In this document: one piece after another, positions 26,972 through 37,156 of the stretch
How positions within the stretch are numbered: position 1 is the stretch's first letter
How the letters are laid out: the number at the start of each line of letters is the position of its first letter
From: Thiobacillus sp.
Lineage (GTDB): Bacteria; Pseudomonadota; Gammaproteobacteria; Burkholderiales; Thiobacillaceae
NCBI GenBank assembly: GCA_041592455.1
Contig: JBFHQA010000001.1
Location: forward strand, 1 to 43,409
Direction: 5' to 3'
DNA length: 43,409 nt
Position numbers and translations under genes: made by a program
Notes under the pieces: generated by a model
The model's database searches: none
The model's input: only the letters and a program-made list of their open reading frames with translations
Told to the model about the DNA's origin: nothing

Positions 26972-27376
26972 GCGCGACTCGCTGGCGCGTTCCGGCAGGG
27001 GGCAGGCCGCCGGCTTGCCCTGCCACAGCGGCCGGACCTTGAGGAAGAACCGATAGCCCCACTCCAGTGTGTGCACCATGCCCGGCAGCGCGGCGAGCCG
27101 TCCCGCGGCGCGAAACGCCGGCAAGGCCTGCCAAAGCGCGGCGAACGCCGCGGCCCCTGAAATCAATTCGCCTTCAGGGCGCCGGGCATGCAGTCGGGCA
27201 TAGGCTGCCTCGCGGCTCAATCCCTCGCCCAACTCCTGATCCTCGCAATGTGCGAGGTTCACCCATTGAATCCTTTCGGCTCCACGCCGACGCCGGTAGA
27301 AGCCGATCTCGCGCGTGCAGACGGGGCAGCCGCCGTCGTAGTACACGGTCAACAGGGGCAGGGTGTGAGCGTTCAT
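26960..27376 (-). CDS. DUF393 / DCC family thiol-disulfide oxidoreductase-like protein
   Basis: VYYDGGCPVC, LHA and SGAAAF..LW; overlaps the end of the convergent oxidoreductase by 12 bp. Confidence 0.88.
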   Translation of the reverse strand: MNAHTLPLLTVYYDGGCPVCTREIGFYRRRRGAERIQWVNLAHCEDQELGEGLSREAAYARLHARRPEGELISGAAAFAALWQALPAFRAAGRLAALPGMVHTLEWGYRFFLKVRPLWQGKPAACPLPERASESRSTD

Positions 27377-27450
27377 GAGGTCAGTCTATCTCGGCAAGCG
27401 GGTTCAAGGAATGGAGCGCCAGGCGCGGCGAAGGTTCCTCAGGGCCATGC

Positions 27451-27497
27451 TTGACATTGGTTCTAACTAGAATTAAAGTTGTTCGTGTTAGAACCAA
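27451..27497 (+). promoter_or_regulatory. Sigma-70 promoter overlapped by a MarR-type operator
   Basis: TTGACA-17bp-TAAAGT; perfect 11-bp inverted repeat TTGGTTCTAAC (27457-27467) / GTTAGAACCAA (27487-27497), readable as two GTTC-N6-GAAY boxes. Confidence 0.75.
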
Positions 27498-27507
27498 ATA
27501 TGACACC

Positions 27508-27951
27508 ATGAAAGCGCGCCCGACCCCCTTCCTGCCGACCCTGCAAGCCCTGGCCCAGTGCTATCAGGCTTTCGAGGCTTTTTCGGGCGCGCACATTCGC
27601 GAACTGGGACTGACGCCGCCGCAGTTCGACATCGTGGCCACGCTCGGCAACACCGCCGGCATGACGGCGACCGAACTCGGCGAGAAGACGCTGATCACCA
27701 AGGGCACGCTCACCGGCGTGGTCGACCGCCTGGCGGCGCGCGGACTGGTCGAGCGCATCGCGCACGAGCGCGATGGCCGTTGCCAGATCGTCCGGTTGAC
27801 GCCCGAGGGAGAGGCGCTGTTTGAGCAGGTGTTTCCCGCCCACCTTGCACAGGTCGCGCGGCAATTCGCCGGCGCGGACAAGGGCGACTACGCGCGCTGG
27901 GAGTCCGCCCTGCGCTCGCTCGAGCAGGTATTCAGAAAGGAGATCGCATGA
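27508..27951 (+). CDS. MarR family transcriptional regulator
   Basis: GLTPPQFDI, ITKGTLTGVVDRL..RGLVER and D.R...V.LT.EG. Confidence 0.93.
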   Translation: MKARPTPFLPTLQALAQCYQAFEAFSGAHIRELGLTPPQFDIVATLGNTAGMTATELGEKTLITKGTLTGVVDRLAARGLVERIAHERDGRCQIVRLTPEGEALFEQVFPAHLAQVARQFAGADKGDYARWESALRSLEQVFRKEIA

Positions 27952-28496
27952 ATCCGATGGGTCGTTACACCCGGCCTGCCATCGTGCTGCACTGGCTGGT
28001 CGCGCTGCTGATCTTCGTGGCGTTTCCGCTTGGCGTGTACATGCACGAGTTGCCCCTGTCGCCCGGCAAGCTCCAGCTCTACAGCTATCACAAGTGGATC
28101 GGCATCACGATCCTGATGCTGGCGTCGCTGCGCGTGGTGTGGCGGCTGACGCACACGCCGCCTGCGCTGCCGGACTCCATTTCCGGCTGGCAGCGCCGCG
28201 CGAGCCAGGTCGTCCATGGCCTCCTGTACCTGCTGATTCTTGCGATCCCGCTGTCGGGCTGGCTGATGAGCTCGGCCAAGGGCTTCCAGACGGTGTGGTT
28301 CGGCGTGCTGCCGCTGCCCGACCTGGTCGGCAAGGACAAGGCGCTGGGTGAACAGCTGGCAGAGCTGCACCAGATTCTGAACTTCATCCTGCTGTTCCTG
28401 GTCATCCTGCACGTCGGGGCGGCGCTCAAGCACCAGTTCATGGAACGCCTGCCTTTCATGCAGCGCATGGGGTGGGGCGGAAAGGAGTCATCATGA
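27948..28496 (+). CDS. Cytochrome b561 (YceJ/CybB-like)
   Basis: Four TM helices with heme-ligand His (LHW, YHKWIG, LHQ, LHVGAALKHQF); followed by yceI genes. Confidence 0.92.
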   Translation: MNPMGRYTRPAIVLHWLVALLIFVAFPLGVYMHELPLSPGKLQLYSYHKWIGITILMLASLRVVWRLTHTPPALPDSISGWQRRASQVVHGLLYLLILAIPLSGWLMSSAKGFQTVWFGVLPLPDLVGKDKALGEQLAELHQILNFILLFLVILHVGAALKHQFMERLPFMQRMGWGGKESS

Positions 28497-29053
28497 AACA
28501 TGCAATTCATGCCTTGGCCATGCTCGCGTGGCTGGCCTCACCGGCCGCGAGTGCGGTCGAATACCGCACGGTCGTGCCCGCACAAAGCGCGGTGCAGTTC
28601 GAGTTCCGCCAGATGGGCGTACCGATCCAGGGCGGCTTCAAGCGCTTTGTCGCGCAGATGGCGTTCGATCCGGCCAGGCCCGAGGCGGCCCGCGCACGGA
28701 TCGACATCGACCTGGCCAGCATCGACGCTGGCTCACCCGAGGCCGACGAGGAATCCGCAGGCCGGCTGTGGTTCAACAGCAAGGCCTACCCGAAGGCGAC
28801 GTTTGCTTCCAGCGCGATCCGTGCGCTTGGCAACAACCGCTACGAGATGCATGGCACGCTGACGATCAAGGGCAGGAGCCGCGAACTGGTCGTCCCGGTG
28901 AGCTACAGCCCCGGCAGGACCGCCGCCGTCTTCGAGGGGGCATTCACCCTGCAGCGGCTGGATTTCGGTATCGGCGAAGGCATGTGGGCCGATGTCGATA
29001 CGGTCGCCAACGCCGTCAAGGTCAAGTTTCGCATTGCCGCCACTGGCAAATAA
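28493..29053 (+). CDS. YceI family polyisoprenoid-binding periplasmic protein
   Basis: Signal peptide, G.F, WFN...YPKATF, GTLTIKG and RLDFGIGEG.W. Confidence 0.9.
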   Translation: MKHAIHALAMLAWLASPAASAVEYRTVVPAQSAVQFEFRQMGVPIQGGFKRFVAQMAFDPARPEAARARIDIDLASIDAGSPEADEESAGRLWFNSKAYPKATFASSAIRALGNNRYEMHGTLTIKGRSRELVVPVSYSPGRTAAVFEGAFTLQRLDFGIGEGMWADVDTVANAVKVKFRIAATGK

Positions 29054-29086
29054 CCCGTTGTTCGAATTCACGTCATGGAGATCTCA

Positions 29087-29668
29087 ATGAATCGTCTGCT
29101 TACCCTGTCCGTGCTGGCTGCGCTGTCTGTCCCGGCGCATGCTGCGCCCGAAACCTATGTCATCGACAACAGCCACACCTACCCGTATTTCACCTACAAC
29201 CACCTCGGGTTTTCCAACCAGACTCACCGGTTCGATAAAACCAGCGGCAAGGTAGTGCTCGATCGCGCAGCCCAGACCGGCTCGGTCGACGTGACCATCG
29301 ATGCCACGTCGGTCAACACCGGCTTTGCGTTGTTCAACCAGCACATCCAGGCGGCGGATTATTTCGATACGGCCCGCTTCCCCACGATCACCTTCAAGTC
29401 CAGCCAGGTAACGTTCAAGGACAAGCATCCGGCGAGCCTGACGGGCGACCTGACCATCAAGGGGGTGACACAGCCGGTGACGCTGGCGATCTCGCACTTC
29501 AAGTGCATGCCGCACCCGATGAAAAAAGTGGAAACCTGTGGCGCCAACGCCAGCACCCAGATCAAGCGCTCGGCGTTCAACATGGGCAAGAACGCGCCGT
29601 ACGTGAGCGACGAGGTGACGCTGACGCTGGCGATCGAGGCCTTCAAGGAACCCGCCGCGGCGCAATAA
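29087..29668 (+). CDS. YceI family periplasmic protein (second paralog)
   Basis: Signal peptide (AHA), YVID..H, HLGFS, DYFD...FPTITFKS, GDLTIKGVT and IKRSAF. Confidence 0.92.
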   Translation: MNRLLTLSVLAALSVPAHAAPETYVIDNSHTYPYFTYNHLGFSNQTHRFDKTSGKVVLDRAAQTGSVDVTIDATSVNTGFALFNQHIQAADYFDTARFPTITFKSSQVTFKDKHPASLTGDLTIKGVTQPVTLAISHFKCMPHPMKKVETCGANASTQIKRSAFNMGKNAPYVSDEVTLTLAIEAFKEPAAAQ

Positions 29669-29727
29669 CACACGGCGCATCCGGCAGTCCGGGCGCGCTG
29701 GCGTAAAATAGCGTTTTGCTGTCCGGA

Positions 29728-31701
29728 ATGCCTGCCGTGGAACCCCATCAACTCGAACTGCTCGCGCCCGCGCGCGACGCCGACATCGGCATCGAAGCCG
29801 TCAACCACGGCGCCGATGCGGTTTACATCGGCGGGCCGTCGTTCGGCGCGCGCGTGGCGGCGTCCAACGAGATCAGCGACATTGCGCGCGTCGTCGCGCA
29901 CGCGCACCGCTTCAACGCGCGCGTGTTCGTCACGCTCAACACCATCCTGCGCGACGACGAGCTCGAACCCGCGCGCCGGCAGATCTGGCAATTGTACGAC
30001 GCGGGCGTCGACGCGCTGATCATCCAGGACATGGGCCTTCTGGAGCTCGACCTGCCGCCGATCCAGCTGCACGCCAGCACCCAGACCGACATCCGCACGC
30101 CCGAAAAAGCCCGTTTCCTGCAGGACGTGGGCCTTTCGCAGATCGTGCTCGCGCGCGAACTCGACCTCAGGCAGATCGCCGCGATCCGAGCCGCAACGGA
30201 TTGCACGCTGGAGTTCTTCGTCCACGGCGCGCTGTGCGTGGCCTACAGCGGCCAGTGCTACATCAGCCATGCTCACACCGGGCGTAGCGCCAACCGTGGC
30301 GACTGCTCGCAGGCCTGCCGCCTGCCGTACCAGGTCACCGACATGGAAGGGCGCATCGTCGCGCACGACAAGCACGTGCTGTCGATGAAGGACAACAACC
30401 AGAGCGGCAACCTCGAGGCGCTGATCGACGCGGGCATCCGCAGCTTCAAGATCGAGGGGCGCTACAAGGACATGGGCTACGTGAAGAACATCACCGCCCA
30501 CTACCGCACGCTACTCGACGAGATCATCGAGCGCCGCCCGGACTTTGCGCGCGCCTCCAGCGGACGCACCACCTTTGCCTTCACGCCCGACCCCGACCAG
30601 AACTTCAACCGCGAGTTCACCGACTACTTCGTCGGCGGCCGCCAGGCGGACATCGGCGCCTTCGACACGCCCAAGAACCCCGGCCTGCCGGTAGGGCATG
30701 TCACCAAAGTCGGCGACAAGTGGGTCGAGCTCGAGACCGACTCGCCCGACACCCGGCTGAACAACGGCGACGGTCTCTGCTATTACACGTTGAAAAAGGA
30801 GCTCGCGGGCCTCGCGATCAACCGAGCCGAGCAGGTGGGCGAGAGCAGGTGGCGCGTTTATCCCAAGGATCCGATGGCCAGCTTCAAGGATTTGCGCGCC
30901 GGCACGGCTGTCAACCGCAACCGCGACATGAACTGGATGCGCATGCTGGACAAGGCCTCCAGCGAGCGGCGCATCGGCGTCTGGCTGCGGTTCGCCGAAA
31001 CGGCCGACGGCTTTGCGCTGACGCTGACCGACGAGGACGGCTTCCGTGCCGAGGTCGCCGCCGCCCATGCCAGGGAAGGCGCCAAGGACGCGGCGAGGGC
31101 CGAGGCCACCGTGCGCGAGAACCTCGGCAAGCTCGGCGCCACACCCTTCGCTTCGATGGGGGTCACGCTGGAATGGTCGCAGCCGTGGTTCGTGCCGGCA
31201 TCTTTCATCAACGGCCTGCGCCGCGATGCGGTTTCGGCGCTGGAAGCGGAACGTGCGGGTGGTTACGTTCGGCCTGCGCGCGCGCCCGCTGTCGAGCCGA
31301 CGGCCATTTATCCGGAAGACACGCTGACTTATCTGGCCAATGTCTACAACCAGAAGGCGCGGGACTTTTACGCGAAGCACGGCGTGAAGGTGATTGCTGC
31401 CGCCTACGAGAGCCACGAAGAAACGGGCGAAGTTTCGCTGATGATCACCAAGCACTGCGTGCGCTATTCGCTGAGCCTGTGCCCCAAGCAGGCCAAGGGC
31501 GTGACCGGGGTGCAGGGCACGGTGCGCGCCGCGCCGCTGACGCTGATCAACGGCAGCGAGAAACTGACCTTGAAATTCGACTGCAAGCCGTGCGAGATGC
31601 ACGTGGTGGGGCGAATCAAGAAGCACGTCCTCAATGCGGCTTCTTCATCAGGTAATCCGTTGACCTTCCATCCTCGGCGGCCGGCCAGCGGTGACGCGTG
31701 A
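29728..31701 (+). CDS. rlhA: U32 family protein, RlhA/YdcP-like 23S rRNA ho5C2501 synthase
   Basis: LELLAPA, GADAVYIG, HASTQ, HGALCVAYSGQCY, SANRGDCSQACR, KIEGR and a long DUF3656-type C-terminal region. Confidence 0.85.
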   Translation: MPAVEPHQLELLAPARDADIGIEAVNHGADAVYIGGPSFGARVAASNEISDIARVVAHAHRFNARVFVTLNTILRDDELEPARRQIWQLYDAGVDALIIQDMGLLELDLPPIQLHASTQTDIRTPEKARFLQDVGLSQIVLARELDLRQIAAIRAATDCTLEFFVHGALCVAYSGQCYISHAHTGRSANRGDCSQACRLPYQVTDMEGRIVAHDKHVLSMKDNNQSGNLEALIDAGIRSFKIEGRYKDMGYVKNITAHYRTLLDEIIERRPDFARASSGRTTFAFTPDPDQNFNREFTDYFVGGRQADIGAFDTPKNPGLPVGHVTKVGDKWVELETDSPDTRLNNGDGLCYYTLKKELAGLAINRAEQVGESRWRVYPKDPMASFKDLRAGTAVNRNRDMNWMRMLDKASSERRIGVWLRFAETADGFALTLTDEDGFRAEVAAAHAREGAKDAARAEATVRENLGKLGATPFASMGVTLEWSQPWFVPASFINGLRRDAVSALEAERAGGYVRPARAPAVEPTAIYPEDTLTYLANVYNQKARDFYAKHGVKVIAAAYESHEETGEVSLMITKHCVRYSLSLCPKQAKGVTGVQGTVRAAPLTLINGSEKLTLKFDCKPCEMHVVGRIKKHVLNAASSSGNPLTFHPRRPASGDA

Positions 31702-32019
31702 ATCCGCGAAATGATTCGTTCGATTAAGGAAGCAACCTTAAACTGACTGTCCTGACGTGCAATCAATGAGGTTTGGTGAATTACCAGGTCGTGGCGGTGG
31801 TCCGGGATTCGATTGATCCCCCCTCCGGAGAGATGGGCGGCGACTGCGAGGGTATGGATTCACCCTGTCACAGCGTCTGAGGCATGACATGTTGTACAAG
31901 GTGCCGCATCGAAGTTGTGTGAATGATGTGGTTCTGAAGCCGCCATGCTGCCAATGGCGGTACGTTGATCTTGGATACAATCCCCCTTCACCCTCCACCG
32001 ATCCTATTCATTGCCAGAG

Positions 32020-35000
32020 ATGAACCCGAACCACAAACCTTTTGTGGCCGCCTTGTCCGGTGCCGCGATCGTCCTGTTGGGGCTCGCTGTTCTTGTCGGT
32101 GCCTGGCTTGATCCTCTCATCCTGAAGCGTCTCGTGTGGGGCGCCAGGGGAATGGGGCTGAATACGGCGATCTGTTTCGTCATGGTGGGGCTGGCCCTGC
32201 TGTCCGAAGGCCAGCGGCCCGCAATCCGGCTACGGATCCAGACGGCATTAGGTGGCGCGATCATGCTGATTGCCGCCATCGTGCTGCTTCAGACGATCAT
32301 GGGCTGGACCGCTTCAGGTCCCTGGCGGCTGATAATGAACGGCATCGGCCAGGAAAGTGGCCTGTTATGGCAATGGCCTGGCAACATGACGCTCTATACC
32401 GCTGCCGCTTTTCTGGCTGGCGGGTTCGTCATCGTGGCGCTTGACCGGCTCCATCAAGCCTGGGGCACCCTGATCGTCCTCGTCCTGATCGTCGCCATTG
32501 CTGCGCTCGGCATGATGGGTTTCGTGGCCTACATGCTCCAGTTGTCATTGTTTCGAATGCCTGCCCCCTTCGTCGGCATCATGAGCGCACCGACATCGAT
32601 GGGCTTTCTGGTGCTTGCGTTCGGGCTCTTCGGTGCAGCATCCGGGCGTGCGTTCATTCAGCGCTATTACGCAGGACGGGAAGACCGGCGCATCATTCTC
32701 CCGACCTTTGTCGGATTCGGCCTGCTTCTCGTCCTGTCCGGAACAGTTGCAACGGGAGTCATGCTGCGCCAAAACATGGGCATATTCGAGCAAGCCCAGC
32801 AGGACTCCCTGGCCACCAATGCATTGCTGATGCAGCGCGAAATCCAGGTCGCGGTCAAACGCATCGAGGATGCGGCCTGGCTCAGTGAACTGGACCAGGT
32901 GCTGTTGACGGACAACCGGAACGCTGCCGCTGACAAGATGGAGCGAATCACGCAGGCGCTCGATGCACAGACGGTGGCAGGGCTCAGTCTTCGCAATCTC
33001 AATGGGCAGGTATTGATTGCCCAGGGCAATGTCGGGCAGATAGCTGAGATGAGCGCCCCCTTGCGGATCACCGGCGCACGACTGGAATGGGATCAAGGCT
33101 GGCTGCTGGCCGTGACGCTGCCGATCAGGCGTGGGGCAGGGGAGGCGGGAGAGCTATTCGTCCGCCTGCGCCTGCCTACCCTGGAAGAGCAATTCAGAAC
33201 CGGAACAGGCCGGAGCGGGGAAGTCGTGGTTTGTGCAGACAAGGGCGCGGCCATGTTGTGCTTTCCTTCACGCCTCGGTCCAGGCAACGCCAGGCTGCCC
33301 CGCATGAGTAACGGCATTTCGCTCCCCATGCACTTTGCACTGAACGGCGAGTCGGGCGTGACGATTCGCACAGACTATCGCAATCAGGAGGTCGTGGCCG
33401 CCTATCAGCCTCTTCAAGAACTGGGCCTGGGCATGGTGCTGAAGATCGACACCCAGGAACTGCATGCGCCTATCCGGACAGACTATTGGCAGGCCACACT
33501 GGTTTTTGCTTTTTTCGCTGCTGCAGGAACCGTTGCGCTGTATCTATGGCTGCGACCGATTGTCCGGCGTCTCGCACATGCGGAATCCAGCATGCGGGCA
33601 GTTCTGGACAACGTGCCGGCCGCCGTTGCCACAATCGATGAACAGGGCATTGTTCAGAGCATCAATGCCGAAGGCGTTCGCATGTTCGGTTACAGCAGGG
33701 AGGAACTGGTCGGACATCCTCTCGGCACACTCATGCTGGAGCCTGATCGCAGCAACCACAACCGCCATCTTTCCCGCTATTTGGCAAGCCGCGAGTCGAA
33801 CGTTCTGGGCAAAGGGCCACGGGAACTGACCGGTCTTCACAAGGAGGGCCGGCCGATTTCACTCGACGTGGCCATCGGGGAGTATCGGGTCGGTAGTGCG
33901 CAGCGTTTTGTGGGCATCATGCTGGACATCAGCGAGCGCAAGGCTGCGGAACAGTCCCTCAGGCGGAGCGAGGAACTGCTGTCCAGGGTGCTTGATACGC
34001 TTCCGGTCGGGGTCTGGATCGCGGATGCAAACGGCAACCTGATTCGCGGCAACCCGACTGGCAAGCGCATTTGGGAGGGGGCGGCGTGGGTCGGGATAGA
34101 CGGCTATCAGGAATACAAAGGGTGGTGGGCCGAGACGGGAAAGAGAATCGAGGCCGAGGAATGGGCGCTTGCCCGTGCCATCCAGAAAGGCGAAACATCG
34201 ATCAATGAAATTGTGGATATTCAATGCTTTGATGGCTCGCGCAAGACCATATTGAATTCCGCCGTTCCATTGAGGGGAGCCCAGGGAGAAATTGCGGGAG
34301 CTATCGTGGTCAACCAGGACATCACGGAAGCGCGCCATGCCGAACTGGAACTGCGGCGCAGCGAATCGGCGCTTGCGAATGCCCAGCGTGTCGCGCACCT
34401 GGGCGACTGGGAATGGGATGTCGAGACCGGCTCATTGTATTGGTCTGACGAGATCTACCGCATCTTTGGGCTAGATCCCGGCCAGGTCACACCCACGTTC
34501 GAGCGCTTTATCGATCAGGTTCTTGCAGAGGATAGGGCGCCTGTTCAAGATGCAATAGATCGTGCCATGCGGGGGGAGGCTCCCTACGACATCACTCACC
34601 GGATCATCAGGCCTGATGGCACGATACGCCATGTGCATGAAACCGGCGAGGTGCTTTGCGATACCAAGGGCAGAGCCCTGCGTATGACCGGTGTGGTGCA
34701 GGATGTGACCGAGCAATGGATCGCGGCAGACGAATTGCGCGAACGGGAAGCCACTTTCAGTGCAATTGCGGAAAACCTTCCAGGCATGGTGTTCCAGCTT
34801 CGCAAGTCGATGGATCATCCAGCGGGCATGCTTTCCTATGTGAGCACAGGGGTGCTCGATGTGCTGGGCGTGGCAGACGAAACGTTGAATCAGGATTTCA
34901 CGATCCTGCAAGACATGATCCATACCGAGGACTTGCCTGGTTTCAGAAAGTCGCTTGAGCGTTCAGAGCGCAACCTGCAATCCTGGAACTGGGAAGGGCG

Positions 35001-35787
35001 TGTCCAGACAGCGCATGGCGAAGAGAAATGGGTCAATCTGCGGGCCATGCCGCGTGACGCGAAGGGCGATGGCGTCGTATGGGATGGCATCATTTTCAAT
35101 ATAACCGAGCACAAGCAGAACCAGTTGCAACTCGAGCGTTCCAGGATACGGTTGCGGGAACTGTCTGCGCATGATGCAAGCATCCGGGAACAGGAACGCA
35201 AGCACATTGCGCGCGAGGTCCATGACGAGCTGGGGCAGTTGCTGACCGCGCTTAAGATGGACACTACCCTGCTTGAGATTGAACTGCAGGGCGCATCGGG
35301 GCCACCCCAGGCGCGGTTGCACGCCATGCGGACTCTGATCAACCAGACACTCCGGGTGGTGCGCCAGGTCACGACGTCCTTGCGTCCCCTGGCGCTGGAC
35401 CTTGGTCTGGTTTCGGCCATGGAATGGCTGGCCAACGACGTGACGCAACGCACGGGCATCCGATGCCACCTGAATCTGACCCACGATGATATTCACCTGA
35501 GCGACGCCCAGGCCACCGGGGTATTCAGAATACTGCAGGAGTCGCTGACCAACGTTGTCAGGCATGCAGAGGCAAACCGGGTGGATATCTCGCTGGAGCA
35601 TGCAAATGGCCTGCTCAGCCTCGAGGTGCGCGACAATGGCATCGGATTCGAGCCTGCCGCCCTGACGGGAACCACCTTTGGTTTGCTGGGAATGCAGGAG
35701 AGGGCGGCCATGCTGGGCGGAGAACTGGCCGTCTCGAGCCATCCGGGTACCGGCACCTCGGTCAGGTTGACCATGGTTGCCCCTTGA
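32020..35787 (+). CDS. Membrane multi-PAS sensor histidine kinase (HisKA_3, NarX/UhpB type)
   Basis: Multi-TM N-terminus, Cache-like periplasmic region (DYRNQEVVAAY), four PAS domains, IAREVHDELGQ H-box, QESLTNVVRHA, DNGIGF and GLLGMQER. Confidence 0.92.
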   Translation: MNPNHKPFVAALSGAAIVLLGLAVLVGAWLDPLILKRLVWGARGMGLNTAICFVMVGLALLSEGQRPAIRLRIQTALGGAIMLIAAIVLLQTIMGWTASGPWRLIMNGIGQESGLLWQWPGNMTLYTAAAFLAGGFVIVALDRLHQAWGTLIVLVLIVAIAALGMMGFVAYMLQLSLFRMPAPFVGIMSAPTSMGFLVLAFGLFGAASGRAFIQRYYAGREDRRIILPTFVGFGLLLVLSGTVATGVMLRQNMGIFEQAQQDSLATNALLMQREIQVAVKRIEDAAWLSELDQVLLTDNRNAAADKMERITQALDAQTVAGLSLRNLNGQVLIAQGNVGQIAEMSAPLRITGARLEWDQGWLLAVTLPIRRGAGEAGELFVRLRLPTLEEQFRTGTGRSGEVVVCADKGAAMLCFPSRLGPGNARLPRMSNGISLPMHFALNGESGVTIRTDYRNQEVVAAYQPLQELGLGMVLKIDTQELHAPIRTDYWQATLVFAFFAAAGTVALYLWLRPIVRRLAHAESSMRAVLDNVPAAVATIDEQGIVQSINAEGVRMFGYSREELVGHPLGTLMLEPDRSNHNRHLSRYLASRESNVLGKGPRELTGLHKEGRPISLDVAIGEYRVGSAQRFVGIMLDISERKAAEQSLRRSEELLSRVLDTLPVGVWIADANGNLIRGNPTGKRIWEGAAWVGIDGYQEYKGWWAETGKRIEAEEWALARAIQKGETSINEIVDIQCFDGSRKTILNSAVPLRGAQGEIAGAIVVNQDITEARHAELELRRSESALANAQRVAHLGDWEWDVETGSLYWSDEIYRIFGLDPGQVTPTFERFIDQVLAEDRAPVQDAIDRAMRGEAPYDITHRIIRPDGTIRHVHETGEVLCDTKGRALRMTGVVQDVTEQWIAADELREREATFSAIAENLPGMVFQLRKSMDHPAGMLSYVSTGVLDVLGVADETLNQDFTILQDMIHTEDLPGFRKSLERSERNLQSWNWEGRVQTAHGEEKWVNLRAMPRDAKGDGVVWDGIIFNITEHKQNQLQLERSRIRLRELSAHDASIREQERKHIAREVHDELGQLLTALKMDTTLLEIELQGASGPPQARLHAMRTLINQTLRVVRQVTTSLRPLALDLGLVSAMEWLANDVTQRTGIRCHLNLTHDDIHLSDAQATGVFRILQESLTNVVRHAEANRVDISLEHANGLLSLEVRDNGIGFEPAALTGTTFGLLGMQERAAMLGGELAVSSHPGTGTSVRLTMVAP

Positions 35788-35851
35788 ATGACAGATTTTC
35801 CATCAACAGGCGCGGTTCAATCCTGAAATTCATGAAAGTAATAAGCATCCC

Positions 35852-36484
35852 ATGATCCGTATCCAGATTGCTGATGACCATGCCATAGTCAGGCATGGTC
35901 TGAAACAAATCCTCGCGTTATCGCCCGAGATCGCTCTTGTCGGAGAAGCCAGCCATGGCGAAGCGCTGCTGGATTCCCTCAGGCAGACGCCCTGTGATCT
36001 GGTGCTGCTGGACATGAGCATGCCGGGTTTGTCCGGCGTCGAATTGATTGAGCGCCTACACGCCGAGCATCCCGGTCTTCCGATACTGATATTGAGCATG
36101 CACATCGAGGCCCAGATCGCCAGTCGGGCGCTCAAGGCGGGCGCTTCAGGCTACCTCACCAAGGATAGTGAGGCTCCGGTCCTGATGGAGGCCATCCGGA
36201 AAGTCGCCTCGGGCGGAAAATTTGTCGACCCGGTGCTGGTTGAATCATTCGTTTTCTCGCCAGAAAGCGTGGAACCCCCGCTTCACGAAACCCTGTCGGA
36301 CCGGGAACTCCAGGTTTTCAGCATGCTTGCCAGCGGCAAAACAGTGAGTGAAATCGCTGACGAGCTCTATCTGAGCGTTAAAACCGTCAGCACACACAAA
36401 TCCCGCCTGATGGACAAAATGGGACTCCACAGCCATACCGACCTGATTCGCTACGCTATCCGCCAGCGCCTGATCGAAGGCTGA
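35852..36484 (+). CDS. NarL/FixJ (LuxR-HTH) family response regulator
   Basis: ADDHAIVR, LLDMSMPG, GYLTK and LSDRELQV...LSVKTVSTHK. Confidence 0.95.
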   Translation: MIRIQIADDHAIVRHGLKQILALSPEIALVGEASHGEALLDSLRQTPCDLVLLDMSMPGLSGVELIERLHAEHPGLPILILSMHIEAQIASRALKAGASGYLTKDSEAPVLMEAIRKVASGGKFVDPVLVESFVFSPESVEPPLHETLSDRELQVFSMLASGKTVSEIADELYLSVKTVSTHKSRLMDKMGLHSHTDLIRYAIRQRLIEG

Positions 36485-36603
36485 TTCCTGCTTCGGTTTC
36501 GTCCCGTTCTCATCTGTCAGATAACCTTATCGGTCGATTGCGGTAGCCAGCGTGCTGCCGCTCATCAAGCCGGTCCAATGCGCATGGCGCCTGCCACGGA
36601 TGT

Positions 36604-36632
36604 TAGGAAAATTCCTACGCCGCTGTAGGAAT
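36604..36632. promoter_or_regulatory. Candidate NarL/RcsB-type operator
   Basis: Dyad TAGGAA-AA-TTCCTA (36604-36617) plus a third half-site GTAGGAAT (36625-36632), upstream of the receiver/MASE3 operon. Confidence 0.6.
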
Positions 36633-36721
36633 GCGGGACATCAAGAATCCGATTAGTCCGACTTATTTATCCGTTATTCGGTTCCGATAATGAATACATG
36701 TCAGGACATGGAGCCGGGTGA

Positions 36722-37156
36722 GTGAACATTCTGCTGGTGGAAAGCTCCGTGATCGTGAGCGAAAGGCTGGCCGCCGTGCTGTCCTGCCTGGATGGCGTCG
36801 TGTCCGTCAAAGCCGCGACTACTCATGACGAGGCAGTGAGCCTGATGCAGGCCATGTCGCCGGACGTTGTCTTGATAGATGCCCACCTGCCGGACGGGCA
36901 GGCTATCCAGGTGCTTGCCTGGGTACAGGAGCACCTCCCTTCGATGCGCAGGATTGTCTTGAGTCGCGACTTGTCAGGCGTATTCAGGAAACGCTGGCTG
37001 ATCGCAGGGGCTGAGCATGTCATTGATATGACGATGCAAACCGATGAACTGACGAACGTGATCAAAATGCTTGCAGAACGATGCGGTTCCGGCAGGCTCG
37101 ATCCTGACAGGTATCTATCGTCCGTCACGGACGCAGAAAAAGGCAACAAGCCATGA
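36722..37156 (+). CDS. Single-domain response regulator (atypical receiver)
   Basis: ILLVESS..V, PDVVLIDAHLPDG and IVLS; GTG start; stop overlaps the next ATG. Confidence 0.8.
   Translation: MNILLVESSVIVSERLAAVLSCLDGVVSVKAATTHDEAVSLMQAMSPDVVLIDAHLPDGQAIQVLAWVQEHLPSMRRIVLSRDLSGVFRKRWLIAGAEHVIDMTMQTDELTNVIKMLAERCGSGRLDPDRYLSSVTDAEKGNKP

Noticed and set aside
31780-31850. tRNA/tmRNA remnant or att site (GGGATTCGATT...CCCCC) at the edge of the lower-GC block
   Set aside because: No cloverleaf, no CCA end and no second copy found at the other boundary.
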